Shown here piece after piece: positions 1 to 10,095 of a stretch of DNA of 64,000 nt. Source of the DNA: Planctomycetales bacterium (GTDB lineage: Bacteria; 4484-113); assembly GCA_037441675.1 (NCBI GenBank), contig JBBIRS010000001.1, forward strand, positions 288,001 to 352,000. Direction: 5' to 3'. Position 1 is the stretch's first letter. Every line of letters starts with the position of its first letter. Both the position numbers and the translations under genes were made by a program. The notes beneath the pieces are model-generated. The model saw nothing but the letters and a program-made list of their open reading frames with translations, searched no databases and was not told where the DNA came from.

Positions 1-206
1 TACTCTTCTATTCTCAAGTTTGCCGGCGAGAAATCCTTGCGTTCAATCTCGGCGAGAACTTGAATCATATATAGGGCGATTATCGTATAGATAATGGCGA
101 AGAGGAAAAAGAAAACCCCAAAAATTATGCCTATCGTTGAAAGAAAAGGGCTTTCCTCAAGAGTGAATTTTCTACGCTTTCCGAGCAGTTTAATGCTAGC
201 TTTCAT
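1..206 (-). CDS. partial membrane-anchored hypothetical protein (runs off the window start)
   Basis: Manual translation from ATG at 206 (AGGAG upstream): MKASIKLLGKRRKFTLEESPFLSTIGIIFGVFFFLFAIIYTIIALYMIQVLAEIERKDF..., open to position 1, one TM helix. Confidence 0.7.
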   Translation of the reverse strand, partial: MKASIKLLGKRRKFTLEESPFLSTIGIIFGVFFFLFAIIYTIIALYMIQVLAEIERKDFSPANLRIEE

Positions 207-281
207 AGGACTCCTGCTAAATATAGTTGTAAGTTTAATTTGGGGTAGAAGTTCCAAACGTTAGTGAATTTTTGGGAAAGC

Positions 282-1022
282 CTAAAGGGTAGGAAGCTCA
301 TTTCCCATTCTTTCAGTGATTAGCGCCTCAAAACCGTTCTTTTCCAGAATTGATGCGGTTTCTGCGGCTTCGTCAAGATTCAAAAAGACTGCCTCAACAA
401 ATACAGAGTTTCCAATAACCAAAACATCAAGGTCAATTCCTTCTGGTATCTTTCCGCTTTCTAAAATTTCAAAGGCAGTCTCAACATCATCCACGTTCTT
501 GAGTGTCACAGCGTAAACCCTTGGTATTTCCTCATCACCAGCCTTCTTAATATCAAGGGAAAGCTTCGCGGGATCATCTATCTCTATCACCTTGAAGAGA
601 ACAGGCTCATTCACGAAAATTTGAATTACCTTTATAGTATTGTCAGGGGTCGTTACAATAGAAAGCGGAAGAGAATTTTCTGATTCAATGTTCGCGCGTT
701 CGTAAAAGGTGACACCTTCCAAGGTGATAACAAATCTATAGGGATACTTCTTGTATTCAATCTTATAAGGTGGGTGCCAGGGTGCGCCTATGGTTGATGT
801 TCTTGTTTGCTGGAAGAGGTCAAAAACAACGCGTAGAAAATCGGAATGTTTGCCGAATCTAATCCCTGAAAGAATTGCTCCAGCGAGAGGTTTACCGCCT
901 GCAAAAAATCCTTGCTTTTTGAACTGGGCAGGAACAACCTTCTCTCCTTGTGCGTCCACCAAAGACCCACAGAGGATTATGGCTGAGGCGACAAAAGCCA
1001 AAGCCGAAGCAAAATTTCGCAT
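282..1022 (-). CDS. secreted hypothetical protein, AMIN-like N-terminal region and possible SPOR-like C-terminus
   Basis: Signal peptide (MRNFASALAFVASAIILCGSLVDA); IRFGKHSDFLRVVFDL and PAKLSLDI resemble AMIN-domain strands. Confidence 0.55.
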   Translation of the reverse strand: MRNFASALAFVASAIILCGSLVDAQGEKVVPAQFKKQGFFAGGKPLAGAILSGIRFGKHSDFLRVVFDLFQQTRTSTIGAPWHPPYKIEYKKYPYRFVITLEGVTFYERANIESENSLPLSIVTTPDNTIKVIQIFVNEPVLFKVIEIDDPAKLSLDIKKAGDEEIPRVYAVTLKNVDDVETAFEILESGKIPEGIDLDVLVIGNSVFVEAVFLNLDEAAETASILEKNGFEALITERMGNELPTL

Positions 1023-1059
1023 CTTACTAAGTTTACTTGCTGAAAGGGAAGACTGTCAA
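1023..1059 (-). promoter_or_regulatory. sigma70-type promoter, probably leaderless, for the 282..1022 gene
   Basis: Minus strand TTGACA (1059-1054), 18 nt spacer, TAAACT (1035-1030), 7 nt, ATG; no SD. Confidence 0.6.
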
Positions 1060-1275
1060 ATTCACGTTTTCGTAGGAGCTATCTGCGTGAAAAAAGTGAG
1101 TAGTTGACCTATTAAGCTTGACAGCTTGAAGTTTCTCTCCTTCCTTAGCTGTTATCTTGGACGCTTCGTGAATTTTTGGTTTTAATTTCTTCGGGTATCT
1201 CTTGTGATAAAATATCAACGACTAGTTTCGTTTATTTTCGTCATAAAATCCCTTAAGTAGTTAAAGGGGCAAGCT

Positions 1276-2319
1276 ATTTTTGGAGGAGAACTAAGCGGGC
1301 TTATACTTATTTTAGGAGTTTTATCATTTCTAACATCTCTCCTCTTTACGCCTGCGGTCATCTTTCTCTGTAAAAAGCTCAGCCTTTATGATCAGGTCAA
1401 CGAACGCAAAGTTCATCGTGGCAATATCCCCAGGCTTGGAGGGCTTAGCATTTTTATTACTTCCTTTATCATCACTTTACTTGCAGTTATGCTAACTCCT
1501 CAAGGGTATATACTGCTAAGCTCTTCCCAGCTATTCGCATTACTTCTTGGGGCTGTGTTATTTTTCGCCCTGGGATTTCTTGATGACCTCTTCAACATTC
1601 CCGCTCATATCAGGCTTCTCTGCCAGTTAGCTTTTGCTTTTTTAGTGGCAATTTACGGCGTAAGAATAGACTGGCTCTTCGGCATTATCGCACTGCCAAA
1701 ACCCCTTTCCGTTATCCTAACTTGTCTTTGGATTGTTGGCATGGTTAACGCCATCAATTTCATAGACGGGCTTGATGGTTTAGCGGGCGGTATCTCTGCC
1801 ATTGCGCTCTTTGCGGTTGTAGTTATCTCAATGGTCAGAGGTGAATACTTTTTTGCCCTTCTCGCGCTAGTCCTAGTGGGTGTGCTTCTTGGTTTTCTGC
1901 CGTTTAACTTCTTCCCAGCGAAAATCTTTTTAGGCGATGGCGGAGCAATGTTTCTTGGCTACATTCTCTCAGCAATATCCATATTAGGTTTCTTCAAACA
2001 GACCGCCCTTATCGTTTTTTTGATTCCAATTCTTCTCTTCCTCTTCCCGATAGTAGACACAACTTTTGCAATTCTCAGACGAATTGTGAGAGGTCAAGCT
2101 CCACTAGTTGCGGATAAAAAGCATATCCATCACAGACTCCTTCTAGTCTTTTCAAGGGCAGAGAGAAGAAAAGCTCTACGCAACGGTATAACAATTAACG
2201 ACTCGCTCAACGCCATCCTAGAAGGTCTAGCTCATAGAAATACCGTCCTTATCCTCTATTTAATTACCGCTCTGCTAGCAGTAATTGCGATTTATTCCGG
2301 TGTTAGGACATTTCGCTAA
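1276..2319 (+). CDS. wecA: undecaprenyl-phosphate GlcNAc-1-phosphate transferase (WecA/TagO, MraY-like GT4); start uncertain, upstream of the ORF-track ATG at 1489
   Basis: Motifs GFLDD, NAINFIDGLDGLA, KIFLGDGGA, DKKHIHHRL; the frame stays open back to 1261 and encodes the conserved RKVHRGNIPRLGG segment plus TM1. Confidence 0.85.
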   Translation: MFGGELSGLILILGVLSFLTSLLFTPAVIFLCKKLSLYDQVNERKVHRGNIPRLGGLSIFITSFIITLLAVMLTPQGYILLSSSQLFALLLGAVLFFALGFLDDLFNIPAHIRLLCQLAFAFLVAIYGVRIDWLFGIIALPKPLSVILTCLWIVGMVNAINFIDGLDGLAGGISAIALFAVVVISMVRGEYFFALLALVLVGVLLGFLPFNFFPAKIFLGDGGAMFLGYILSAISILGFFKQTALIVFLIPILLFLFPIVDTTFAILRRIVRGQAPLVADKKHIHHRLLLVFSRAERRKALRNGITINDSLNAILEGLAHRNTVLILYLITALLAVIAIYSGVRTFR

Positions 2320-2406
2320 TCAAGAGTAGCACGAGTCTCTCTCCCTTCATCTTCCTATCTAAAAAAAGGCGCTTAAACATCTTTGCTAAGCATCGAAGAG
2401 AAAAAC

Positions 2407-2850
2407 CTAGAGATACTTTCCCCGGTGGAAAACGCTTAATTCGCTTAGTCTATGAGTGTATTTCTTGACGTAAGGTATCATCAAGGCTAAGCTCTTAGCC
2501 AGAAGAACTAAGATGCCGACAATTGCTTGAAAGAGGCCAAGTCTTGCAATTAGGAGAATTGTTTCATCGGAAAACGATTCTGCCCAGCGCAAGTAATGCA
2601 CGAGAAATGGAATGAAGACCGCGCTAATTATTATTAAGAGAGCGCAGATAACTAGCAAGAATCTAATCATCCATCTAGCCTCTTCTTTCTGAACAATTCC
2701 CCTTCCAGGTATTATCAGTATAGAAAAATAAATTGCAAGGCTAATGGCAATAAAAAGTTTCTGCGTCATAGCGAAGGCTTCTTCCGACTTTATCAATTGA
2801 AATTTAATTAGCATAGGAAGAAAAGCCACGCTAAGGAGTAATCCAAGCAA
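2407..2850 (-). CDS. hypothetical membrane protein (about 4 TM)
   Basis: Four hydrophobic stretches; frame open to about 2919, so the start may be further upstream. Confidence 0.6.
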   Translation of the reverse strand: MLGLLLSVAFLPMLIKFQLIKSEEAFAMTQKLFIAISLAIYFSILIIPGRGIVQKEEARWMIRFLLVICALLIIISAVFIPFLVHYLRWAESFSDETILLIARLGLFQAIVGILVLLAKSLALMIPYVKKYTHRLSELSVFHRGKYL

Positions 2851-3000
2851 TGAAAGAGCTCTATATGCAAGTACTACGTTTGGCTTCGGCTTTTTCTTAA
2901 TCCTTAAGATAGCTTTATTTTACCGTAAAATTCTTTTTTGGGGGAAGCCCTCTTATCGCTCATAACAACTCTCATCTTTCTTTTTTCTTTGGGGGGCTTG

Positions 3001-3040
3001 TGGTAAAATTCTTTCCCTGACCTTGTTAATTCATTCACTT
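3001..3040 (+). promoter_or_regulatory. extended -10 (TGgTAAAAT, 3001-3009) followed by a Rex-like operator (3023-3040) upstream of nuoA
   Basis: TTGTTAA-ttca-TTCACTT matches 11 of 14 positions of the Rex consensus TTGTGAA-N4-TTCACAA. Confidence 0.45.
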
Positions 3041-3158
3041 ACCCTTAGAGATTTTTATCTGGAAATATAACTAGATTTTTCTAGGTAAAATTATTAAATT
3101 GTTGCAAGTAATACAAGGATTTATGGCTTAGGATACTTTATATTTTTGGCTATTTACG

Positions 3159-3545
3159 ATGATAGAAGAATTTTTCCCATTCCTAATTTATATTGTTGTT
3201 CTCATACTTATAGCCATAGTAATGGTAGCGCTCTCCCACCTCTTGAGTCCCAAAAGGGTTCCCGTTTCTCCTGAATGGGGAAGGGCTTACGAATGCGGGC
3301 TTATTACTGATGGCCTTCCGCAGGATAGGTATCCTATAAAGTATTACTTAGTTGCGATACTATTTGTTATTTTTGATTTAGAGGCAATTTTCCTCTACCC
3401 GTGGGCGGTAACGTTCTCTTCCTTTAAGGAAAGCGGGAATAGTGCTTTTTGGTTTATCGAAATGTTTATCTTTATCTTTATTCTTCTGGTGGGCTACCTT
3501 TATATCGTTTCCAAAGGAGTATTTCTATGGTCGGAGGAAGAGTAA
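3159..3545 (+). CDS. nuoA: NADH-quinone oxidoreductase subunit A
   Basis: YECG motif, [22 protein letters not shown]; first gene of nuo cluster. Confidence 0.97.
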   Translation: MIEEFFPFLIYIVVLILIAIVMVALSHLLSPKRVPVSPEWGRAYECGLITDGLPQDRYPIKYYLVAILFVIFDLEAIFLYPWAVTFSSFKESGNSAFWFIEMFIFIFILLVGYLYIVSKGVFLWSEEE

Positions 3546-4120
3546 ACTCAAAGAATGTAAGAGGCATCACTTTAGATTATAAACCCCTCTTAGTAAGTGA
3601 TGAAGATGCAAATATTGCCGAATCGGGGATACTAGTCACAAGGCTGAAAAAGCTGATAGGCTGGCTTCAGGGGAATTCAATCTGGCCTTTAACTTTCGGG
3701 CTTGCCTGTTGCGCATTTGAAATGATGAGCGCATCAGCAAGTAGGTTTGATATTGCGCGGTTTGGCTCTGAGGTTTTCCGCGCAAGCCCAAGGCAGGCTG
3801 ACCTGATGATTGTTCCAGGAAGGCTCTCATGGAAAATGGCGCCAATTATGCGAGAGCTTTATAACCAGATGCCGTTTCCTAAATGGGTGATAAGCATGGG
3901 GGCTTGCGCATCCTGCGGTGGAGTATTTACGACCTATTCAATAGTTCATGGGGTTGACCATATTGTTCCTGTGGATATGTACGTTCCCGGCTGTCCACCC
4001 AGGCCTGAGGCGCTTCTTGATGCATTAATAAAATTGCAAAATAAGATAAGAAGCGGAAATTACGTCCCAGCCTATGCCCGCTATCCCTGGAACAAGTGGC
4101 TCAAGGAGGGTAGTTTCTAA
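3527..4120 (+). CDS. nuoB: NADH-quinone oxidoreductase subunit B (likely start ATG 3527)
   Basis: [35 protein letters not shown] (N2 cluster ligands). Confidence 0.97.
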   Translation: MVGGRVNSKNVRGITLDYKPLLVSDEDANIAESGILVTRLKKLIGWLQGNSIWPLTFGLACCAFEMMSASASRFDIARFGSEVFRASPRQADLMIVPGRLSWKMAPIMRELYNQMPFPKWVISMGACASCGGVFTTYSIVHGVDHIVPVDMYVPGCPPRPEALLDALIKLQNKIRSGNYVPAYARYPWNKWLKEGSF

Positions 4121-5865
4121 TGTCTCATGTTAATGAGCGCGGGCTCATTTCGGTAATTTCCAGCCTAAATGAGAAAGTTCAGGCGGAACTTAAGTTTCCT
4201 GCCAAGCTGGAAGAGATTAACGGAGATTTTGTGTTAAATATAGGAAAAGAACATCTAAGAACTGCGGTTCTTTTCTTAAAGGATACTTCTGGCTTAGACT
4301 TTGATTACTTCTCTTTTGTGACCGCGGTAGACAGGCATCCCCAATCTCCCCGTTTTGAACTAATCTACAACTTCTACTCTACAAAGCATCATCATTGGAT
4401 AAGGCTTAAGACCCTACTTCAGGATGGGGAGCAAATCGAGACTATCTCAGACATTTTCAAAGGAGCAAACTGGCACGAACGGGAGGTCTTTGACCTATTT
4501 GGGATTAAGTTCACAAACCACCCCGATTTGCGCAGAATTGTAACATCTGATAACTGGTACGGACATCCGCTAAGAAAGGGGTACAGTCATACTGGCGAAC
4601 CAGCTTGGGCGGTAGGAACTAATGTCCTTCAAAATGTAGCGGAGAGTGGTATACCTACACAAAGTTCTCGTGTAAAAGCGGAAGAACCCACGAGACGGAT
4701 TATCCTAAATATGGGCCCTCAACACCCAGCAACTCATGGGGTTTTGCGCCTCGCTGTGGAACTTGAAGGCGAAAAAATACTTAACTGCGTTCCGCACATT
4801 GGCTACCTACATACTGGAATTGAAAAGCTCTCGGAGCATCACAACTGGACCCAAAACGTGACGCATTACGCCAGGATGGATTACGCTTCTCCAATGAACA
4901 ACGAATTTGCATATTCTCTTTCATTGGAGAAGTTGATACCGGGCTTGGAAGTGCCCAAACGTGCGCAGTACATCAGGGTTATGATGAGCGAGCTTACAAG
5001 GATAATCTCTCATCTGGTATGGCTTGGGACACACGCAATGGACATAGGCGCTCAGAGCGTCTTTCTCTACTGCTTCGCGGAGAGGGAAAAAATCGTGGAC
5101 CTTTACGAGATGATTGGCGGTCAAAGGATGATGACATCTTACATTAGAATTGGCGGATGTGCCTTTGATATGCCTGAGGACTTTCCGGAAGCAGTTCGCG
5201 CCTGGGCGAAAGATTTCCTTGCTAACCTCAAGATTTGTGAAGATCTGCTCACCGAAAACCCCATATGGAGAGAAAGAACAGTTGGGATTGGGATTCTTTC
5301 CAAGGATGATGCGCTTTCATATGGAGTCTCAGGTCCAATGGCTAGAGGTTCCGGGATCGATTTTGACCTTCGGAGGGATGGCCCCTACTCAAGCTACGAG
5401 GAGTTTGAATTTGACGTTCCCGTTGAAAATGGCTGTGATGTCTATTCCCGTTACCTTGTGAGAATTGAAGAGATGAAGCAAGCTTATCGGATAGTTTTGA
5501 AGGCTCTTGAAAAAATAAAAGAAACGGAGCCGGGAACATACCTTTCAAAGCAGTACAAATACGCCCCGCCGAGAAGGGAGGACATTAATTCATCCATTGA
5601 GGAACTTATTCACCATTTCAAATACTGGACGGATGGAATCTGGGTTCCAGAGGGCGAGGCATACGCATTCATTGAGGGTAGCAAGGGAGAACTTGGCTTT
5701 TACTGCGTTTCTAACGGAACCTCTCATCCCGTCAGGGTAAAGGTTAGAGGACCTTCATTTTCCAATTTATCACCCATTTCTGAAATGGCAAGAGGACATT
5801 TAGTTGCGGATTTAGTGGCAATCATCGGAAGTATTGACATAGTCCTTGGAGAGGTGGATAGGTAA
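4120..5865 (+). CDS. nuoCD: fused NADH-quinone oxidoreductase subunit C/D
   Basis: NuoC part ANWHEREVFDLFGI...GHPLRKGY, then NuoD part NMGPQHPATHGVLR...GYLHTGIEK...DIVLGEVDR. Confidence 0.96.
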   Translation: MSHVNERGLISVISSLNEKVQAELKFPAKLEEINGDFVLNIGKEHLRTAVLFLKDTSGLDFDYFSFVTAVDRHPQSPRFELIYNFYSTKHHHWIRLKTLLQDGEQIETISDIFKGANWHEREVFDLFGIKFTNHPDLRRIVTSDNWYGHPLRKGYSHTGEPAWAVGTNVLQNVAESGIPTQSSRVKAEEPTRRIILNMGPQHPATHGVLRLAVELEGEKILNCVPHIGYLHTGIEKLSEHHNWTQNVTHYARMDYASPMNNEFAYSLSLEKLIPGLEVPKRAQYIRVMMSELTRIISHLVWLGTHAMDIGAQSVFLYCFAEREKIVDLYEMIGGQRMMTSYIRIGGCAFDMPEDFPEAVRAWAKDFLANLKICEDLLTENPIWRERTVGIGILSKDDALSYGVSGPMARGSGIDFDLRRDGPYSSYEEFEFDVPVENGCDVYSRYLVRIEEMKQAYRIVLKALEKIKETEPGTYLSKQYKYAPPRREDINSSIEELIHHFKYWTDGIWVPEGEAYAFIEGSKGELGFYCVSNGTSHPVRVKVRGPSFSNLSPISEMARGHLVADLVAIIGSIDIVLGEVDR

Positions 5866-6345
5866 ATGGAATCACTAGCACTTCACGAGGCGGTTAAGAA
5901 ATTTGTGGAGGAGCGAATCTCCAAATATCCCACAAAGAGGAGCTTACTCGTTCCCACGCTTCTTCTCGCTCAGGAGTATCACGGCGGTTACATTAGCCCC
6001 GAGCTTGTTAAGAGCATTGCGAAATACCTTGAAGTTCCGGAGCAGGAGGTTCACTCAACCGCATCCTTTTATTCACTCTTGAATAAGCACAAAGTTGGTA
6101 GGCACACCATTATGGCTTGTCATAACGTTTCTTGTTACTTGCGCGGTGGTGATAGTTTGATCAAGAAACTAGAGGAAAAACTTGGAATTAAAGTCGGGCA
6201 AACCACTCCTGATGGTCGGTTTACTCTTATCAGTGTTGAATGTATCGCTGCCTGCGGTGGCGCGCCAGCAATGATTATTGATAAGGACTACTTTGAGAAT
6301 ATGACTGAAGAAAAACTTGACGAGGTTCTAGCGAAATTCACCTAA
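5866..6345 (+). CDS. nuoE: NADH-quinone oxidoreductase subunit E
   Basis: CHNVSC...ECIAACGGAP 2Fe-2S (N1a) motif. Confidence 0.96.
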   Translation: MESLALHEAVKKFVEERISKYPTKRSLLVPTLLLAQEYHGGYISPELVKSIAKYLEVPEQEVHSTASFYSLLNKHKVGRHTIMACHNVSCYLRGGDSLIKKLEEKLGIKVGQTTPDGRFTLISVECIAACGGAPAMIIDKDYFENMTEEKLDEVLAKFT

Positions 6346-6347
6346 GT

Positions 6348-7670
6348 ATGGCTGAGAAATTAAAAGAGGTAAAAGTTACTACCGCTCTTTGCGAAATCCC
6401 GGTCGCGCATAGAATTGATGTCTATGAGGCACACGGCGGATACCTTGCGCTTAAGAAGGCGATTAAGGAGATGAAGCCAGATGAGGTAATTGAGGAAGTG
6501 AAGAGAAGCGGATTGAGAGGCAAGGGCGGAGCTGGCTTTCCCGCCGGCTTAAAGTGGAGCTTTGTCCCCAAAGATTATGTTGGCCCTAAGTACTTGGCAT
6601 GCAATGCAGATGAGGGAGAGCCCGGAACTTTTAAGGATAGATACCTCATTGAAAAAAATCCGCATCAGGTGATTGAAGGTTGCATCATTGCCTCTTATGC
6701 TGTTGGGATTAGCCACTGTTACATTTACACGCGGGGAGAATTTTACTTAGGCAAGGAGCGCATGGAGGAAGCTATTGAAGATGCCTACCGCAAGGGATAT
6801 CTAGGAGAGAACATCCTCGGGAGTGGTTACAGTTTGGATATGGTTGTGCACACGGGTGCGGGCTCATACGAATGCGGAGAGGAGACCGCGCTCCTGACGA
6901 GCCTAGAGGGAGACAGGGGTCATCCGAAAATGAAACCGCCATTTCCCGCAACTCACGGAGCTTGGGGAAAGCCAACTGTGATTAACAACGTGGAGACGTT
7001 GGCAACAGTTCCGCCAATAATAAAAGAGGGAGCGGACTGGCATACATCTCTTGGTACGGACAAATCCCCTGGGATAAAGATAGTTTCCGTGTCAGGGCAT
7101 GTGGAACGTCCGGGAAATTATGAGGTTGAGTACGGAGTTCCAACTTCAAGCATTATCAACGACCTGGCGGGAGGCGTGTGGAAAGGCAGAAAGTTAAAAT
7201 GCTTCATCCCCGGTGGTAGTAGCACCCCCGCTCTTCCCGCGGAAAAGGTTGATATTCCCTATGACTATGAAAGTTTGGCGTCCGCTGGTTCTATGCTAGG
7301 TAGCGGTGCTCTTATTGTTTTTGATGAGACTACTGATATCGTTCGCGTGGCGGAGATTATCACCCGCTTTTATGCCTTAGAATCCTGTGGAAAATGCACT
7401 CCCTGCAGAGAGGGAACTCGGTGGATGCTTCAAATATACGAGCGCATTTTGAATGGCGCTGGAAGAATGGAAGATTTAGACTTACTCTTAGACATATGTG
7501 GTGGAGTTGAGTTTAAGTCCTTCTGCCCATTTGGTGATGCGACAGTCGGAATAGTTAGAAGCACCATAAATCTCTTCAGGGATGAATATGAGGATTACAT
7601 TAAAAACCATAAAGTCTATGAGAGGGAATTTATCCCCGTAAGGCATGGCGTAAATGGACGTAGCGGTTAA
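6348..7670 (+). CDS. nuoF: NADH-quinone oxidoreductase subunit F
   Basis: GLRGKGGAGFPAG, NADEGEPGTFKD, GAGSYECGEETA, ESCGKCTPCREG...C (FMN, N3). Confidence 0.97.
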   Translation: MAEKLKEVKVTTALCEIPVAHRIDVYEAHGGYLALKKAIKEMKPDEVIEEVKRSGLRGKGGAGFPAGLKWSFVPKDYVGPKYLACNADEGEPGTFKDRYLIEKNPHQVIEGCIIASYAVGISHCYIYTRGEFYLGKERMEEAIEDAYRKGYLGENILGSGYSLDMVVHTGAGSYECGEETALLTSLEGDRGHPKMKPPFPATHGAWGKPTVINNVETLATVPPIIKEGADWHTSLGTDKSPGIKIVSVSGHVERPGNYEVEYGVPTSSIINDLAGGVWKGRKLKCFIPGGSSTPALPAEKVDIPYDYESLASAGSMLGSGALIVFDETTDIVRVAEIITRFYALESCGKCTPCREGTRWMLQIYERILNGAGRMEDLDLLLDICGGVEFKSFCPFGDATVGIVRSTINLFRDEYEDYIKNHKVYEREFIPVRHGVNGRSG

Positions 7671-10095
7671 TAAGTTGGTTAAGGTAAACATTAACGGTAA
7701 GGACTATGAGCTTCTGGAAGGGATGTATCTTACGGAGGCGGTAAAGCCCATTGGGATTGAGATACCGCAGTTTTGCGCGCACAGATGGCTTGAGCCACTA
7801 GGCGCCTGCAGGATGTGCCTGGTGCGCGTGGAGAAAATGCCAAAGCTTCAAATTGCATGTGCCTTACCTGTGAGAGAAGGATTGGTTGTGACAACCGAAT
7901 CAGATGAGATTAGGCGTGCTCGCGAAGAGATGTTAGAGTTTCATCTCTTGAATCATCCCCTTGAATGCCCAGTTTGCGATAGAGGTGGTGAATGCCCGCT
8001 TCAGGATTTAACAGAACGCTACGGCAAATACCAAAGCAGATACATTGAGGAAAAGCTTATCCGCGCTGATACGAAGTTAAACCCATTTTTAAGGATGAAT
8101 TACAAACGTTGCATTCTATGCAAGCGATGCGTTAGGTATTGCGACGAGATTGCAGGTGACCATCTGATAGAGTTTGAGGATAGAGGCGGTTGGACAAAAG
8201 TTACAACCTTTCTTGGAACCGAAAGCCCCAATAGATTTAGCGGAAACATCATTGAACTCTGTCCAGTGGGAGCAATAACATCAATTCCTTTTAGGTTTCG
8301 CGGAAGGGCATGGGAGCTTGAAAAAACAAGGACAGTATGTAACCAATGCTCAGTAGGATGCAACTTAGAGCTACACACGAGGCTCGGCTCTCTTCAGAGA
8401 ATAGTGCCTGCGGTGAATGAAGTGTTGGATGATGGGCACATTTGCGATAGAGGTAGGTTCGCATACGGATGGGTGCATTCCGATGCGAGGATAAGAAAAC
8501 CATCATTGAAAGATAACGGTGGATTTACTGAAATAAGCTGGAGCGAGGCGGAGTCAATTGTCGCCCAGAAAATTCGGGATACTGTGCGGGATTATGGAGG
8601 TGATGCTATTGGGATTATCGCGGGCAATTCCCTCACGAACGAGGACTATTATGCCCTGCGACTTTTTGCGGAGCATGGAGTTGGAACTAAGAACGTATCA
8701 TTCAGTGAAGATATTTGCGGGCTTTCAGCCGAGCATGCTCAGCTTGTCAATGTAATGCTCTCTAAAGTTGGATGCGTTGAAGACATTATGAATAGCGAGT
8801 TAATAGTTCTTATTGGTGCGGATGTTCTTGAGGAGGCGCCGGTGTTGGGCTTAAGGGTTGAGGAGGCGGTGCGAAAACGCGGAGCTACCCTTGCCTCCAT
8901 CTCTTCTTATAACCACGACAGCGAAAGATATGCTAACACTCTCGTTAGAATTAAACCTGGAGCCTTTATCTTCGGTGAATCAGCCTTTAGCTCTGAAGAA
9001 TTTTCAAAACTTAGATATGAATTTGAAAACAGAAGAAGGATTAGCCTAATTTTTGGGCAGGAACTCCTCTGTGGACCATCGCCCATAAAAAGCATAAAGG
9101 CGGTTTATCAGCTAGCACAAAGAATTGAAAGAATAAGGCAGGAACGGCAAAATCCATTAGAAAGACTAACAGTTACACCAATCTTTAGAGGCGCAAATTC
9201 CCTTGGCGCTCTCATCCTAAGCCTTAAGCTTGGTGTGCCCAATCAATTTGAGAGTATGACCAATATTCTTAAGAAGGCGACTACAGGCGAGGTAAAACTA
9301 CTCTACCTCGTTGGGGTAAATCCCATAATCGAGTATCCCAACGGCAGGTTGGCGAAAGAAGCTTTTTCAAAAGCAGAGTTCATTGTTGCGCAGGATTTAT
9401 TCCTAACAGAAAGTTCCGCGCTTGCGGACATAATCTTGCCCGTAAGTCCATGGATTTTTAGGGATGGCACTTATTTCAACTTTGAAGGAAGACTCCAACG
9501 GGCGAATAGTTGTCCACTTACGGATGTTGTGCCAAGTGATCTGGAACTCTTCAACCGTTTGTTGATTTCTATGGGTAAGGGTAGTCAGTTTGTTCTACCT
9601 GATGAGCTTTTTGCAAAACTTGCGCGCGAGGCGGATTTCATCCCAGTCAAGCAACTAGCTGACATACCTAAGGCTGGCATATTAACCCACTTTGAAAGTG
9701 AAGCTCACAGTTTTGAAGGCATAGAAGCCATATCCACCGCTGAAGAAGTATGTTCATCTAATAGCGAGCCACTCAAGGAATTTCCATTCTATCTAGTGCC
9801 TAAACATTATCTATTCAGAAATTCCGTTAAGGTTCGCCATACAAAGTGGATGCAGGAGGTAGTGCCGAAGGATTGGGCAATTCTAAATTATGAAGATGCT
9901 CAGGAGCTTGGCATTTCTGAGGGAGATGAAGTTGTGGTTGAGTCAAAAGTTGGCTCGTTATATTTTTCCGCCAAAATGTCGGAGCAGGTGCCTCGCAAGG
10001 TTGTTATCATTGATAGAAATATTCAAGATAAAGCGATAAATTCGCTCGTTTCCAAAGAGGATGTAGCGTTTTCGGTAAGGATCAAGAAGGCATAA
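7654..10095 (+). CDS. nuoG: NADH-quinone oxidoreductase subunit G
   Basis: GACRMC, HPLECPVCDRGGEC, CILCKRCVRYC, CNQCSVGC...ICDRGRF; molybdopterin-oxidoreductase-like C-terminal part. Confidence 0.95.
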   Translation: MDVAVNKLVKVNINGKDYELLEGMYLTEAVKPIGIEIPQFCAHRWLEPLGACRMCLVRVEKMPKLQIACALPVREGLVVTTESDEIRRAREEMLEFHLLNHPLECPVCDRGGECPLQDLTERYGKYQSRYIEEKLIRADTKLNPFLRMNYKRCILCKRCVRYCDEIAGDHLIEFEDRGGWTKVTTFLGTESPNRFSGNIIELCPVGAITSIPFRFRGRAWELEKTRTVCNQCSVGCNLELHTRLGSLQRIVPAVNEVLDDGHICDRGRFAYGWVHSDARIRKPSLKDNGGFTEISWSEAESIVAQKIRDTVRDYGGDAIGIIAGNSLTNEDYYALRLFAEHGVGTKNVSFSEDICGLSAEHAQLVNVMLSKVGCVEDIMNSELIVLIGADVLEEAPVLGLRVEEAVRKRGATLASISSYNHDSERYANTLVRIKPGAFIFGESAFSSEEFSKLRYEFENRRRISLIFGQELLCGPSPIKSIKAVYQLAQRIERIRQERQNPLERLTVTPIFRGANSLGALILSLKLGVPNQFESMTNILKKATTGEVKLLYLVGVNPIIEYPNGRLAKEAFSKAEFIVAQDLFLTESSALADIILPVSPWIFRDGTYFNFEGRLQRANSCPLTDVVPSDLELFNRLLISMGKGSQFVLPDELFAKLAREADFIPVKQLADIPKAGILTHFESEAHSFEGIEAISTAEEVCSSNSEPLKEFPFYLVPKHYLFRNSVKVRHTKWMQEVVPKDWAILNYEDAQELGISEGDEVVVESKVGSLYFSAKMSEQVPRKVVIIDRNIQDKAINSLVSKEDVAFSVRIKKA

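Noticed and set aside
1033..1218. 61 aa minus-strand ORF
   Set aside because: Runs across the promoter of the downstream gene, TTG start without SD, no recognisable features
4120..5865. Group 4 NiFe hydrogenase large subunit (given hypB in the window)
   Set aside because: No CxxC Ni-binding motifs; ends in GEVDR and sits in a full nuoA-N operon with NuoEFG
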